A stretch of DNA of 64,000 bases, from IMG/VR virus record IMGVR_UViG_3300027991_000080, positions 12,741 through 76,740 of that record. One strand, written 5' to 3'. Both the position numbers and the translations under genes were made by a program. Under the pieces are notes generated by a model that had not been told where the DNA came from, ran no database searches, and saw nothing but the letters and a program-made list of their open reading frames with translations. This document shows positions 50,729 through 60,170 of this stretch, one piece after another. The first letter of the stretch is position 1, and each line of letters starts with the position of its first letter. Source of the stretch: a virus (lineage: Duplodnaviria > Caudoviricetes).

Positions 50729-50736
50729 CCAACGCT

Positions 50737-52275
50737 ATGCTCTTGACCAGAGGCCTTCTCGAGAAGGTCGACCTAGAACCGCTCCGCCCGTACGTCGCGA
50801 ACCATGAACAGTTCTTCGGGAAGCGCGAGCACTACCGATTGCTCGCGCTTCTCGGACTGCACGTAGGGCCCGGAAAAACGATCATCGATATCGGAACGCA
50901 CCAGGGGGACTCTGCGCTCGCGCTGTCGCTTGGCGGAGCGGAGGTGGAGTCGTTCGACATCACCGACAAAATCGGTGGTCGATTTTCACGCGACAACATC
51001 TACCCCCAGGCAGCGGATCTGTGGGATCCGGCAACGCGCGCTAGGTGGCGTGCCACGTTGCTCGAGAGTTCTCTGATTCTGATCGATATCGATCCTCACG
51101 AGGGAACGCGCGAGCTCGAGATGGTCAGGTGGCTTCAAACCAACGACTACCGAGGCATCATCGTGCTCGATGACATCTGGTACTTCAAACAGATGCGGGA
51201 CAACCTCTGGTACCGCATCGAACCGCAGCACCGAACCGATGTGACGATGCTCGGACACTGGTCCGGTACCGGCATCGTGTCGTTCAGCCAGCGCATTGAG
51301 CTTGAGAAAATGCATAACACGTCCAACTGGACGCTCGTCACCGGGTACTTCGACCTCACGAAGGCATCAGACGCAAACGACGCAATCCGCACTCGTCCAG
51401 CAACTCACTACATCGACGAGCACGGCTCGTCCGTGTTGTCACTCGACAAGAACTTGATCGTGTTCTGCGACCCGGATCTCGAAGAGAAGATCTGGAAGAT
51501 GCGTCCGAAGTGGTTGCACAAACGCATGCTCGTCATACCGATGTCGTTCGAAAGCTTTCCGCTCACCAAGTATCGAGACCAAATCATCCGGAACCGAGGA
51601 GGCCAGTCTGGCTGCTCCGCCGATCCTCGCAACACCGCTTCGTACTACTTGTTCTGCATGGCGCGCTACGCGATGCTCAAGATGGTCATCGCAGACAATC
51701 CGTTCGCCTCTTCGCACTTCGCCTGGATCAACATCTGCATAGAGCGTATGGGGTTCAACAACCTAGTGCACCTCGATGAAGCTCTCAGCTTGAACCGAGA
51801 CAGATTTTCGACGTGCTGGATCGACTACATTCCACGAGCAGTTACAGATGATCTGCCAAGATATTTTGGCGAAGGCGGATGCAAAAATTGCAAGTCCGGC
51901 TGCTCGATGTGTAGCGGGTTTTTCACTGGCAGCGCTGTGCACATGCACTTGGTGTGCGACGAAGTGGAGAGAGTGTTCCAGCGTTGCCTAGCGGAAGGGT
52001 ACGGGCACGCCGACGAGCAGCTATTTCAGATCGTTCACTACGACAATCCGGGTCTGTTCGACTGGTACATCGGCGACTACCAGCAAATGATTACGAACTA
52101 CGCCGGCGTGTACGAGAATCCGGAGGCTCCGATTCGAAACCTGATCGCACGCAGCATCGCCGCCGGCGACGGAGAGGTCCGTCGAAAGGCGTGTCGCATC
52201 CTTCTTGACTCGCACACATCCGGAAAGTGTGAACTCGACCCGATCACGCGCTCGAGACTCGAGGCGGCGCTATGA
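50737..52275 (+). CDS. SAM methyltransferase + HtrL/WlaTC-like glycosyltransferase fusion
   Basis: IDIGTHQG...IVLDD; LVTGYFDL...HFAWIN...CSGFFTG...DEQL. Confidence 0.78.
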   Translation: MLLTRGLLEKVDLEPLRPYVANHEQFFGKREHYRLLALLGLHVGPGKTIIDIGTHQGDSALALSLGGAEVESFDITDKIGGRFSRDNIYPQAADLWDPATRARWRATLLESSLILIDIDPHEGTRELEMVRWLQTNDYRGIIVLDDIWYFKQMRDNLWYRIEPQHRTDVTMLGHWSGTGIVSFSQRIELEKMHNTSNWTLVTGYFDLTKASDANDAIRTRPATHYIDEHGSSVLSLDKNLIVFCDPDLEEKIWKMRPKWLHKRMLVIPMSFESFPLTKYRDQIIRNRGGQSGCSADPRNTASYYLFCMARYAMLKMVIADNPFASSHFAWINICIERMGFNNLVHLDEALSLNRDRFSTCWIDYIPRAVTDDLPRYFGEGGCKNCKSGCSMCSGFFTGSAVHMHLVCDEVERVFQRCLAEGYGHADEQLFQIVHYDNPGLFDWYIGDYQQMITNYAGVYENPEAPIRNLIARSIAAGDGEVRRKACRILLDSHTSGKCELDPITRSRLEAAL

Positions 52276-55200
52276 TCAAACCGCTTCCATTTCGTCCGGA
52301 AAACTCCGACGCCACCGCCTACGTCGCGACTCAGCCAGAGGAAGGTCTCGCGCAGCTCGAGGTGCTCAAAAAACTGGGTTGCCAGCCACACCACAAGGTG
52401 CTCGAGATCGGATGCGGTGCCCTCGTGGCCGGATTTCCGATCATGCAGCACCTCGACGTCGGTAACTACTCAGGCGTCGAGCCAAACATGTGGCTCGCAT
52501 CGGCCTCGATGAGCATTCCGGAGGTAGCCGCAACGGTTGTCGACAAGCGCCCCGAGTTCTACCCAAGATCGGACTTTCGAGTCGACTCGGGGTCAAGGTT
52601 TGACTTCATCATCTCGCACTCGATCCTGAGCCACGCTTCCAGCGTACAGCTTACTGATTTTCTTGTCGCTGCAGCCTCGCAGCTCAACGAGGGAGGGGTT
52701 CTCGCTGCGTCTATACGACTCGCAGAGGGAAACTCGGTTGGTTCTCCTGGCAGCCCTCGACACGGCTCCGATTTCACCGAGTGGCAGTACCCTGGCGTGT
52801 CTTGGTTCAAGAAAGAAGATGTCCTAGAACGCGCACGACGCTTGGGATTGTCCGCAACGGTTTCTGGGGAGCTGACGCGAATCATCATGAGCGGCAACAG
52901 CAAAGCCGTTCATGACTGGATCGTCGTACGAAAGACGAAGGTGGCGCTGGTGACCGGATTTTTCCGTCTGCCGGATCGACCTGTCGACGAAGATCAGCAA
53001 TTCCGGATGTTCGACTGTCTTGCAGAGTGCGGACTTCCCGTCACTCTGTTTTTGGACACTGAACTGCTGCCGTACACGAACAGACGCAAAAATGTATGCG
53101 TGATCCCGACACCATTGCACTCGTTGCCGGCATTCAGATGGGCAAATGATCGCGACCTGAAGCTTCCGGAGCACAGAGATCCAACGAAAGACACTCGCGA
53201 CTTTTTGCTTCTCCAAAATTCGAAGCTCGATCTGCTCAAGAGGGCACAAGACTCAGATACGGAACCGACTCATTTCGCGTGGATCGACTTCGGAGTGATG
53301 AAGGTTGTCCAGGACTCGAAAACGTTTCTCGAGCGTCTGAGGCGACTGGCTCCACCCTCCTCCTGCGCTCTCTTTCCAGGGTGCTGGAGCGCAGAACAAG
53401 CCGCAGAACGTCCGAGCGCCGATATGGTCAGCTGGCGCTTCTGCGGAGGCTTCTTCGTTGTTGACCGGGACACCCTACCGCGTCTCGCGCAACGTCATCG
53501 CGCCACGCTGGAAGCGCACAGAACGCTCACATGGGAAGTGAACGTCTGGGCGGAAATGGAGCGCGCGGGACAGAAGTTCGACTGGTACAAAGCGGATCAT
53601 GACGGCTCGCTCATCGGTGGCGCCGTTCGAATCTGCCTGGTGATGATCGTCAAGAACGAGAGCGCCATCATCGAACGATGCCTTACGTCAGCTCTTCCGT
53701 TCATCGACACCTGGTGCATTCTGGACACCGGATCAACGGACGGCACTCCGGAACGGATTCAGAATTTCTTCATCGCACACCACGTGCCCGGGACGCTTGG
53801 CAGATCGACGTTCAAAAACTTTGCACAAGCCAGAAACGAGGCGCTGGAGGATGCGCGTGTTGCGGGCGGATGGGACTATGCGCTGCTCATCGACGCCGAC
53901 ATGGTGCTCGAGGGAACCCTCAAAAAAGACGAGCTCAACGCCCCTGCCTATACCATCCTGCAGCACAACGGAACGCTCAGCTACTCCAATACTCGACTCG
54001 TTCACAGAAATGCTGAAGCGAAATACTTCGGGGTCACTCACGAGTACCTGTCCGTCGAAGAAGTGCGAGGTTTGGACGGACTGTCCGTCAACGACATCAA
54101 CGATGGGGGGAGCAAGTCTGACAAGGGGGAGAGAGACATTAGGCTTCTCAACGATGGGCTGGCTGAAGATCCCGGCAACGGTCGCTACATGTTCTATCTC
54201 GCGCAAACGTATCGCGAGACGGGGCGTCACCACGAAGCGATCAACTGGTACCGAAAACGAATCGCCGCGGGCGGATGGGACGAAGAGATCTGGGCGTCGC
54301 ACTACGGAATCGCTCAATCGTACAAGGAGCTCGGAGACGAGGGGAATCTCATCAAGTGGTGCCTAGACGCCTACAACTTTCGCCCGTCGCGCGGTGAGTC
54401 GCTCAAGCTGCTCGCCAAGTTCTACAGAGAAACTGGTCGCAACGAGACGGCGCTGCTGTTCGCTGAGGCCCTTCGAACCATCCCGTATCCAGGCGATCAC
54501 CTCTTCGTAGAACACGACGTCTACGACTTCGGCGCTGCTCAAGAGATCTCGATCGCTGGGTACTACAGCAAGCAGCCTGTCATGAGGGCAAGCGGGCGAA
54601 CCGACTGTGCCGATCTGACGCTTCATTCAAACGGTTTGGTTCGTGAGGAGGCCAGGAAGAATTTCACCTTCTACGCCAAATCCGCCCGAGAACTGTTCGG
54701 CGCAAAAATACGTGAGATCGACTGGAGCCCGAGCAACGGGTGGGCACCTATGAATCCGTCTGTATGCGTCGAAGACGGTCGTCGATTCGTTCTCGTTCGA
54801 ACCGTCAATTACAAGGTCTCCGACGGACAATACCCCACGATCGACGGCAGCGGCATCATCCGCACACGTAACTACGTTCTGGAAATGGACGTCGACTGGA
54901 GAGCGACAGACGAACACGAGATCGAAGATTTCACGGGCGCTACACTCAGCAAATTTCCCGTGGAAGGCTTCGAGGACTGTCGTTTGTATCGAGGGAAGGA
55001 TCATTTTTTCGTTTCGACCACTGTTCGAAATCTTGCCGACAACACCGATGGTCGTTGCGAGATGGCTATCGCGCGACTCGACGCCCTATGGCGGGCCATT
55101 GAGATCAGACCAATTCGAGACTGGCACCACGACAAGACTCAAAAAAACTGGATGCCGATCTCAGGACGATCGGGGCAATTCGTTTACCTGTGCGATCCGA

Positions 55201-55568
55201 CCATCACGATCGACGCCACGCCGCCCAGTACCGTCGCGATAGCCAACCACCGCTCCCAGGCATGTCTCGTTGACCTGCGAGGCGGATCGCAGCTCATTCC
55301 GTACGAAGACGGATGGCTATGCATCACGCACGAGGTTGCGTGGCGCCCGGAGCGCGTGTACCTGCATCGCTTCGTTCTTTTCAGTCGAGATTTCAAGATC
55401 GTTGCTACGACCGATCCGTTCTACTTCCAGCACGTCGGTATCGAGTTCTGTGCTGGGCTCGCCTGGAATGACGCCACCCTTGTCGCCAGCTTCGGTGTCA
55501 ACGACGCCTCTGCGCATCTGGCATTCTTCGATCGGGCGGACGTCGATCTTAAGCTAAAAGACCTGTAA
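52272..55568 (+). CDS. Multidomain glycosylation enzyme: methyltransferase + HtrL-like GT + GT2 + TPR + beta-propeller glycosidase-like domain
   Basis: VLEIGCG; LVTGFF..FAWIDFG..RFCGGFF; MIVKNE..DTGSTDGT..IDAD; FYLAQTY; MNPSV, FEDCRL, KNWMP, RGGSQ, FCAGL. Confidence 0.82.
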   Translation: MIKPLPFRPENSDATAYVATQPEEGLAQLEVLKKLGCQPHHKVLEIGCGALVAGFPIMQHLDVGNYSGVEPNMWLASASMSIPEVAATVVDKRPEFYPRSDFRVDSGSRFDFIISHSILSHASSVQLTDFLVAAASQLNEGGVLAASIRLAEGNSVGSPGSPRHGSDFTEWQYPGVSWFKKEDVLERARRLGLSATVSGELTRIIMSGNSKAVHDWIVVRKTKVALVTGFFRLPDRPVDEDQQFRMFDCLAECGLPVTLFLDTELLPYTNRRKNVCVIPTPLHSLPAFRWANDRDLKLPEHRDPTKDTRDFLLLQNSKLDLLKRAQDSDTEPTHFAWIDFGVMKVVQDSKTFLERLRRLAPPSSCALFPGCWSAEQAAERPSADMVSWRFCGGFFVVDRDTLPRLAQRHRATLEAHRTLTWEVNVWAEMERAGQKFDWYKADHDGSLIGGAVRICLVMIVKNESAIIERCLTSALPFIDTWCILDTGSTDGTPERIQNFFIAHHVPGTLGRSTFKNFAQARNEALEDARVAGGWDYALLIDADMVLEGTLKKDELNAPAYTILQHNGTLSYSNTRLVHRNAEAKYFGVTHEYLSVEEVRGLDGLSVNDINDGGSKSDKGERDIRLLNDGLAEDPGNGRYMFYLAQTYRETGRHHEAINWYRKRIAAGGWDEEIWASHYGIAQSYKELGDEGNLIKWCLDAYNFRPSRGESLKLLAKFYRETGRNETALLFAEALRTIPYPGDHLFVEHDVYDFGAAQEISIAGYYSKQPVMRASGRTDCADLTLHSNGLVREEARKNFTFYAKSARELFGAKIREIDWSPSNGWAPMNPSVCVEDGRRFVLVRTVNYKVSDGQYPTIDGSGIIRTRNYVLEMDVDWRATDEHEIEDFTGATLSKFPVEGFEDCRLYRGKDHFFVSTTVRNLADNTDGRCEMAIARLDALWRAIEIRPIRDWHHDKTQKNWMPISGRSGQFVYLCDPTITIDATPPSTVAIANHRSQACLVDLRGGSQLIPYEDGWLCITHEVAWRPERVYLHRFVLFSRDFKIVATTDPFYFQHVGIEFCAGLAWNDATLVASFGVNDASAHLAFFDRADVDLKLKDL

Positions 55569-55635
55569 AACTGCACACGTAGCCACGCCGTCGACCGGTC
55601 CTTGACTATCCTGTAGAGTCGAGTGGCTACTCGTC

Positions 55636-56238
55636 ATGCAGGTCGCCGCCCAACTCACTCCCAGTACAGCGTCCCGCGTGGCCGGGGAAATCATCGCTGC
55701 GTACAGCGAGCTGCGTGGGCACTACCCGCCGGCGAAGAGCTCCTGGCTCTGGCCGCTAGCGCTCTCAGCGAACGAGACCCGAAATTTCGAAGCGTTGTGG
55801 AACAACAATATCGGAAATGTAACGACTAGCGGCTCAGGAAACGTTTCCTACTTCGTAAATCCGCACGTCTCCGAGCCGCTCAAATTTCTGGCGTTCCCCG
55901 ATCTTCGCGCCGGGGCTCGCTCCATGCTGTACTACGTCAACAAGTACGGCGGTCTCGACGCTGCCGACGTCGGCGACCAGACTGGGTGGCAGCGAGCGCT
56001 CGACAAATACCTCGGGAGCCCTTACCCCCCGCTCTGGGGACTTGTGGCGAAGCTGGATAGCTCCGTGCAGCCTGATAGCGAACACATCATCTCGACTCCG
56101 GAGAGGCCATCCGGAGTGCCGTTCGGAACAATTCTAGTCGGAATAGGCCTCGCAACCGCTGCCGGATACGCTGCTGCACGCTGGCTTCGTCAAACGCCAC
56201 CCGAAGAGCATTTTCCTGACGTTATTGTGATGAATTGA
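55636..56238 (+). CDS. Lysozyme-fold muramidase/glucosaminidase-like protein with C-terminal TM
   Basis: ANET (candidate Glu), NNNIGNV, F.AFPD..AG; ILVGIGLATAAGYAAA tail. Confidence 0.6.
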   Translation: MQVAAQLTPSTASRVAGEIIAAYSELRGHYPPAKSSWLWPLALSANETRNFEALWNNNIGNVTTSGSGNVSYFVNPHVSEPLKFLAFPDLRAGARSMLYYVNKYGGLDAADVGDQTGWQRALDKYLGSPYPPLWGLVAKLDSSVQPDSEHIISTPERPSGVPFGTILVGIGLATAAGYAAARWLRQTPPEEHFPDVIVMN

Positions 56239-56246
56239 GGATAGCC

Positions 56247-58055
56247 ATGAACTTCCCACCGTACCCCGGAACACTAGGCAGCGCTGGCACGTTGTCGGCA
56301 GCAGCTCTTCGAGGTCGCGCGATTGGTGACAGTCTCCAGTCGGGACAGTCCCTTCAAAAGGGACAGAGTCTTCTCAGCAAGAACGGCGACTACGAGCTCG
56401 TGATGCAGTCAGACGGAAACTTCGTCCTGTATAGTCGCGATCTAGGTGCTCAGGGGGCCATCTGGAGCACTGGTACGTACAAGGGTTGCGTTGGACAGTA
56501 CGTAGCTATGGGGACCGATGGAAATCTGGTCGTTTACGGGTCACGACCATGCTGGGCAAGCAACACTCAAGGACACTCCGGAGCAAGGCTCATCGTTCAA
56601 GACGACGGCAACACTGTCATCTACGACACTGCCAACAAAGCGATCTGGACATCTGGAACCGAAGGCGGATACCCGCCCGGCGAAATGGAGCTGTTCAAGT
56701 GGCGCGACACATTCTTGGCGCTCAAGTCTGAAATCGACAAGTACACGGCATCGCATCCGAGTTCTACTACGCAGAACGATCAGAAGCTTGCCGACTACAT
56801 GTTGAAGGTTCAAAACCTTCAGAGACACGGTCCGCACGATGCCTTCGGCGAGGCGCTTCGCTCTGGCATCACTGACACCTTCGGAGCAATCACGAAGATC
56901 CCTGTACTCGGACCAGTGATCAGTGCTGCAGTTGCGCCTCTCTCCATGACGGTGAGTCTTTCGCATGGTGAGCGCATCGATCATGCGCTGCTCGACGCTG
57001 CGAAGTCTCAGCTTGGAGCAATCAAAGCCGTTGCTCCTTACGCGGCTGCCATCGTTTCCTTCATTCCTGGCATCGGTACCGGGATTGCGGCAGCCCTAGC
57101 CGCGGGTATAGCCCTTGCGGAGGGAAAGCCGATCGATCAGGCGCTCGAGGAGGCCGTCAAGGCGGCCATACCTGGCGGCGCACTCGCGGTGACCGGGTAC
57201 GAGCTCGCCAAGAAGGTGGCAAGCGGACAGAACGTCGGAAAGGCGGTTCTCGAGGCCGCTCGCTCACAGCTCCCGCCGGCGGCACAGAAAGCGTTCGATG
57301 TCGGTCTCGCGGTGGTATCCGGCAAACAGATACAAGATGCGATCACGACAGCCATCGTGAACCTTGCGCCTGCAGAGGTGAAACAGATCATCGACACCGG
57401 CGCGAAGGCGATTCAAGCTGTCCCGGGACTCGCGAATATTGCGAAGTCGTTGCCGACCGACGTCGCTCGACAGGGTCTGCAGCTAGCGTCCGGAGCATTC
57501 GCTCGCGCCGGTGTGAATGAAGCGCAGATCCGAGCAATGCGTTCGCAGCTGACCGGCGACATGTTGAAGGGATTCGATGCTGCGCTAAAATCACAAGAGG
57601 CCCACTTCCCATGGGCGTCAAACGTCACCTCAGCTCCTCCGGCGCCGGCGCCGGGAGGACCAACGCAAGCACAGCTAGACCTGCAAGCTCTGTCCAAACT
57701 ATCTCCTGAACAGCAGAAACAACTCGTCGACCTGCAGGCTCTCTCGAAGCTCACTCCGGAGCAGCAGAAGCAGCTCGTAGACATGAAAAAGTTGTCGGAG
57801 CTGACGCCAGATCAACAGAAACAACTGGTTGACCTGCAAGCGTTGTCGAAACTCTCTCCGCAGCAGCAAAAAGACCTGGTCGCCTACGCCGAGGCGCAGA
57901 AGAAAGGCACCGCTACTCCTGTTGTCGCGACGAAATCGGTCACTTCGATACCCGCGAAGACGACAGCGATAAAGCCCGTCACCGCTGCGGCAACGGTAAC
58001 GACGGCACCTGTCGCGCCGACGCCTTCGAAGTACCCACCGTACCCACCGATGTGA
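56247..58055 (+). CDS. Bulb-type (GNA/B-) lectin fused to hydrophobic helical domain and 17-aa repeats
   Basis: MQSDGNFVLY, MGTDGNLVVY, VQDDGNTVIY motifs; start MNFPPYP at 56247. Confidence 0.9.
   Translation: MNFPPYPGTLGSAGTLSAAALRGRAIGDSLQSGQSLQKGQSLLSKNGDYELVMQSDGNFVLYSRDLGAQGAIWSTGTYKGCVGQYVAMGTDGNLVVYGSRPCWASNTQGHSGARLIVQDDGNTVIYDTANKAIWTSGTEGGYPPGEMELFKWRDTFLALKSEIDKYTASHPSSTTQNDQKLADYMLKVQNLQRHGPHDAFGEALRSGITDTFGAITKIPVLGPVISAAVAPLSMTVSLSHGERIDHALLDAAKSQLGAIKAVAPYAAAIVSFIPGIGTGIAAALAAGIALAEGKPIDQALEEAVKAAIPGGALAVTGYELAKKVASGQNVGKAVLEAARSQLPPAAQKAFDVGLAVVSGKQIQDAITTAIVNLAPAEVKQIIDTGAKAIQAVPGLANIAKSLPTDVARQGLQLASGAFARAGVNEAQIRAMRSQLTGDMLKGFDAALKSQEAHFPWASNVTSAPPAPAPGGPTQAQLDLQALSKLSPEQQKQLVDLQALSKLTPEQQKQLVDMKKLSELTPDQQKQLVDLQALSKLSPQQQKDLVAYAEAQKKGTATPVVATKSVTSIPAKTTAIKPVTAAATVTTAPVAPTPSKYPPYPPM
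57669..57872 (+). repeat. Four tandem 51-bp coding repeats (QLVDLQALSKLSPEQQK)
   Basis: Units at 57669, 57720, 57771, 57822. Confidence 0.9.
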
Positions 58056-58065
58056 ATAGGCAAAA

Positions 58066-58236
58066 ATGGCAAGCAAAAACGACACTATCCCGGCGTGGCT
58101 CCCATTCGGGATCGTTGCGTCATTCTTGGTGGCGATCGCTGCCGGCGCCAGATCCAGTTGGAAGACGGCTGCGGACCAGTCTGCGACCAAATCCGGCGCG
58201 CTACAGGATTGGGCCGGTCTGAGCCGTCTGACCTGA
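58066..58236 (+). CDS. Small membrane protein (56 aa, not in ORF track)
   Basis: MASKNDTIPAWLPFGIVASFLVAIAAGA... Confidence 0.55.
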   Translation: MASKNDTIPAWLPFGIVASFLVAIAAGARSSWKTAADQSATKSGALQDWAGLSRLT

Positions 58237-58325
58237 AATTCTTTATAAAAAACTGAAACTTACAACCAACGATCGTCGACGCTGGGGCGGGCGCTTGCTC
58301 TCGCAGAAGCGAGACTGCTATCCTA

Positions 58326-59166
<841 letters not shown>

Positions 59167-59169
59167 CGC

Positions 59170-59664
59170 ATGCTGTTGCCCGAGAAGCAAATCGACGTCC
59201 CTTCGTTGTCGTTCGATCGACCGACGATGGGCTCGGCTGCGTGCTCGAAGGGCTGGCAGGACGCCAAACTGCTCACCATCGCGGGGTGGGGAGCCGTCTC
59301 AGCGCCAGCTACGGCATCGGTCCGGTATCTCGACTTCGCGAACAATCGAGACAACCCGGAGCCCACCGAGCAGTACTCTTTCGTTGTGATGCCTATCGGC
59401 GGTACTGCCGTTCGATTGTGGGTGAACATCGTCAATCCACTGACCACAGACAGTGTTGTCTTCACGTTGCGTAAGAACGCAGCAGACACCGCAGCCCAGG
59501 TCACTCTAGCAGCAAACGCCGCTCAGGTTTCACTCCTGAATCAGGCGATCTCATTCGTGGCAGGAGATCGGCTCAGTATTTCTGTGCAGCAGAGCAGCAC
59601 GCAGACACAGGCTAGCTGGGCGTGCATGGTGTCTTTAGCATTTGCCTCTCCGGACGGGAGCTAA
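59170..59664 (+). CDS. Beta-sandwich virion protein, KQ-leader family 1
   Basis: MLLPEKQID; paralog of next two genes. Confidence 0.8.
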   Translation: MLLPEKQIDVPSLSFDRPTMGSAACSKGWQDAKLLTIAGWGAVSAPATASVRYLDFANNRDNPEPTEQYSFVVMPIGGTAVRLWVNIVNPLTTDSVVFTLRKNAADTAAQVTLAANAAQVSLLNQAISFVAGDRLSISVQQSSTQTQASWACMVSLAFASPDGS

Positions 59665-59669
59665 GAGCA

Positions 59670-60170
59670 ATGCCTCGCGCGGCAGGAAAACAGGTATCGA
59701 GCACGGGCATGACGTTCTCGAACCCGACGCAGGCCGACCAGCCTGCGACGCTCGACTACCTGGATCGAAAGCTACTGATGCGCGCAGGGTGGGGCGCAGG
59801 CGCAGCAGCAGCAGCGGCGGCGACGCGCTTTCTCGCGTTCATGAGCAACACGAGCAATCCGCTCACCACGGAGCTCTCGTCGTTTTTTGGGATGCCAATC
59901 GCCGGGACCGTCGTTCGGATGTACGTGAACGTGGTGACGCCTCTGACCACGAACACGGTCACTTTCACACTGAGAAAGAATGGCGTAAATACTGCGGCAA
60001 CAGTTGTGCTCCCCGCCGCTACGAATCAGGTATCGCTGCTAGGTCAAGCCATCTCGTTCGCTGCAGGAGACCGGTTAAGCATCGCCATTCTTCAGTCCTC
60101 GACGGAGGCGCAGGCGAACTGGAGCTGCTCAGTGGCACTCGCCTACGCAGCAACAGAGGTAGCTCCATGA
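59670..60170 (+). CDS. Beta-sandwich virion protein, KQ-leader family 2
   Basis: MPRAAGKQVS; shares GWG, MPI.GT, LTT..V.FTLRKN, SF.AGDRLSI, QA.W.C. Confidence 0.8.
   Translation: MPRAAGKQVSSTGMTFSNPTQADQPATLDYLDRKLLMRAGWGAGAAAAAAATRFLAFMSNTSNPLTTELSSFFGMPIAGTVVRMYVNVVTPLTTNTVTFTLRKNGVNTAATVVLPAATNQVSLLGQAISFAAGDRLSIAILQSSTEAQANWSCSVALAYAATEVAP

Noticed and set aside
57669-57872. 51-bp tandem repeats as a possible CRISPR array
   Set aside because: In-frame coding repeats with synonymous variation, no unique spacers, no cas genes
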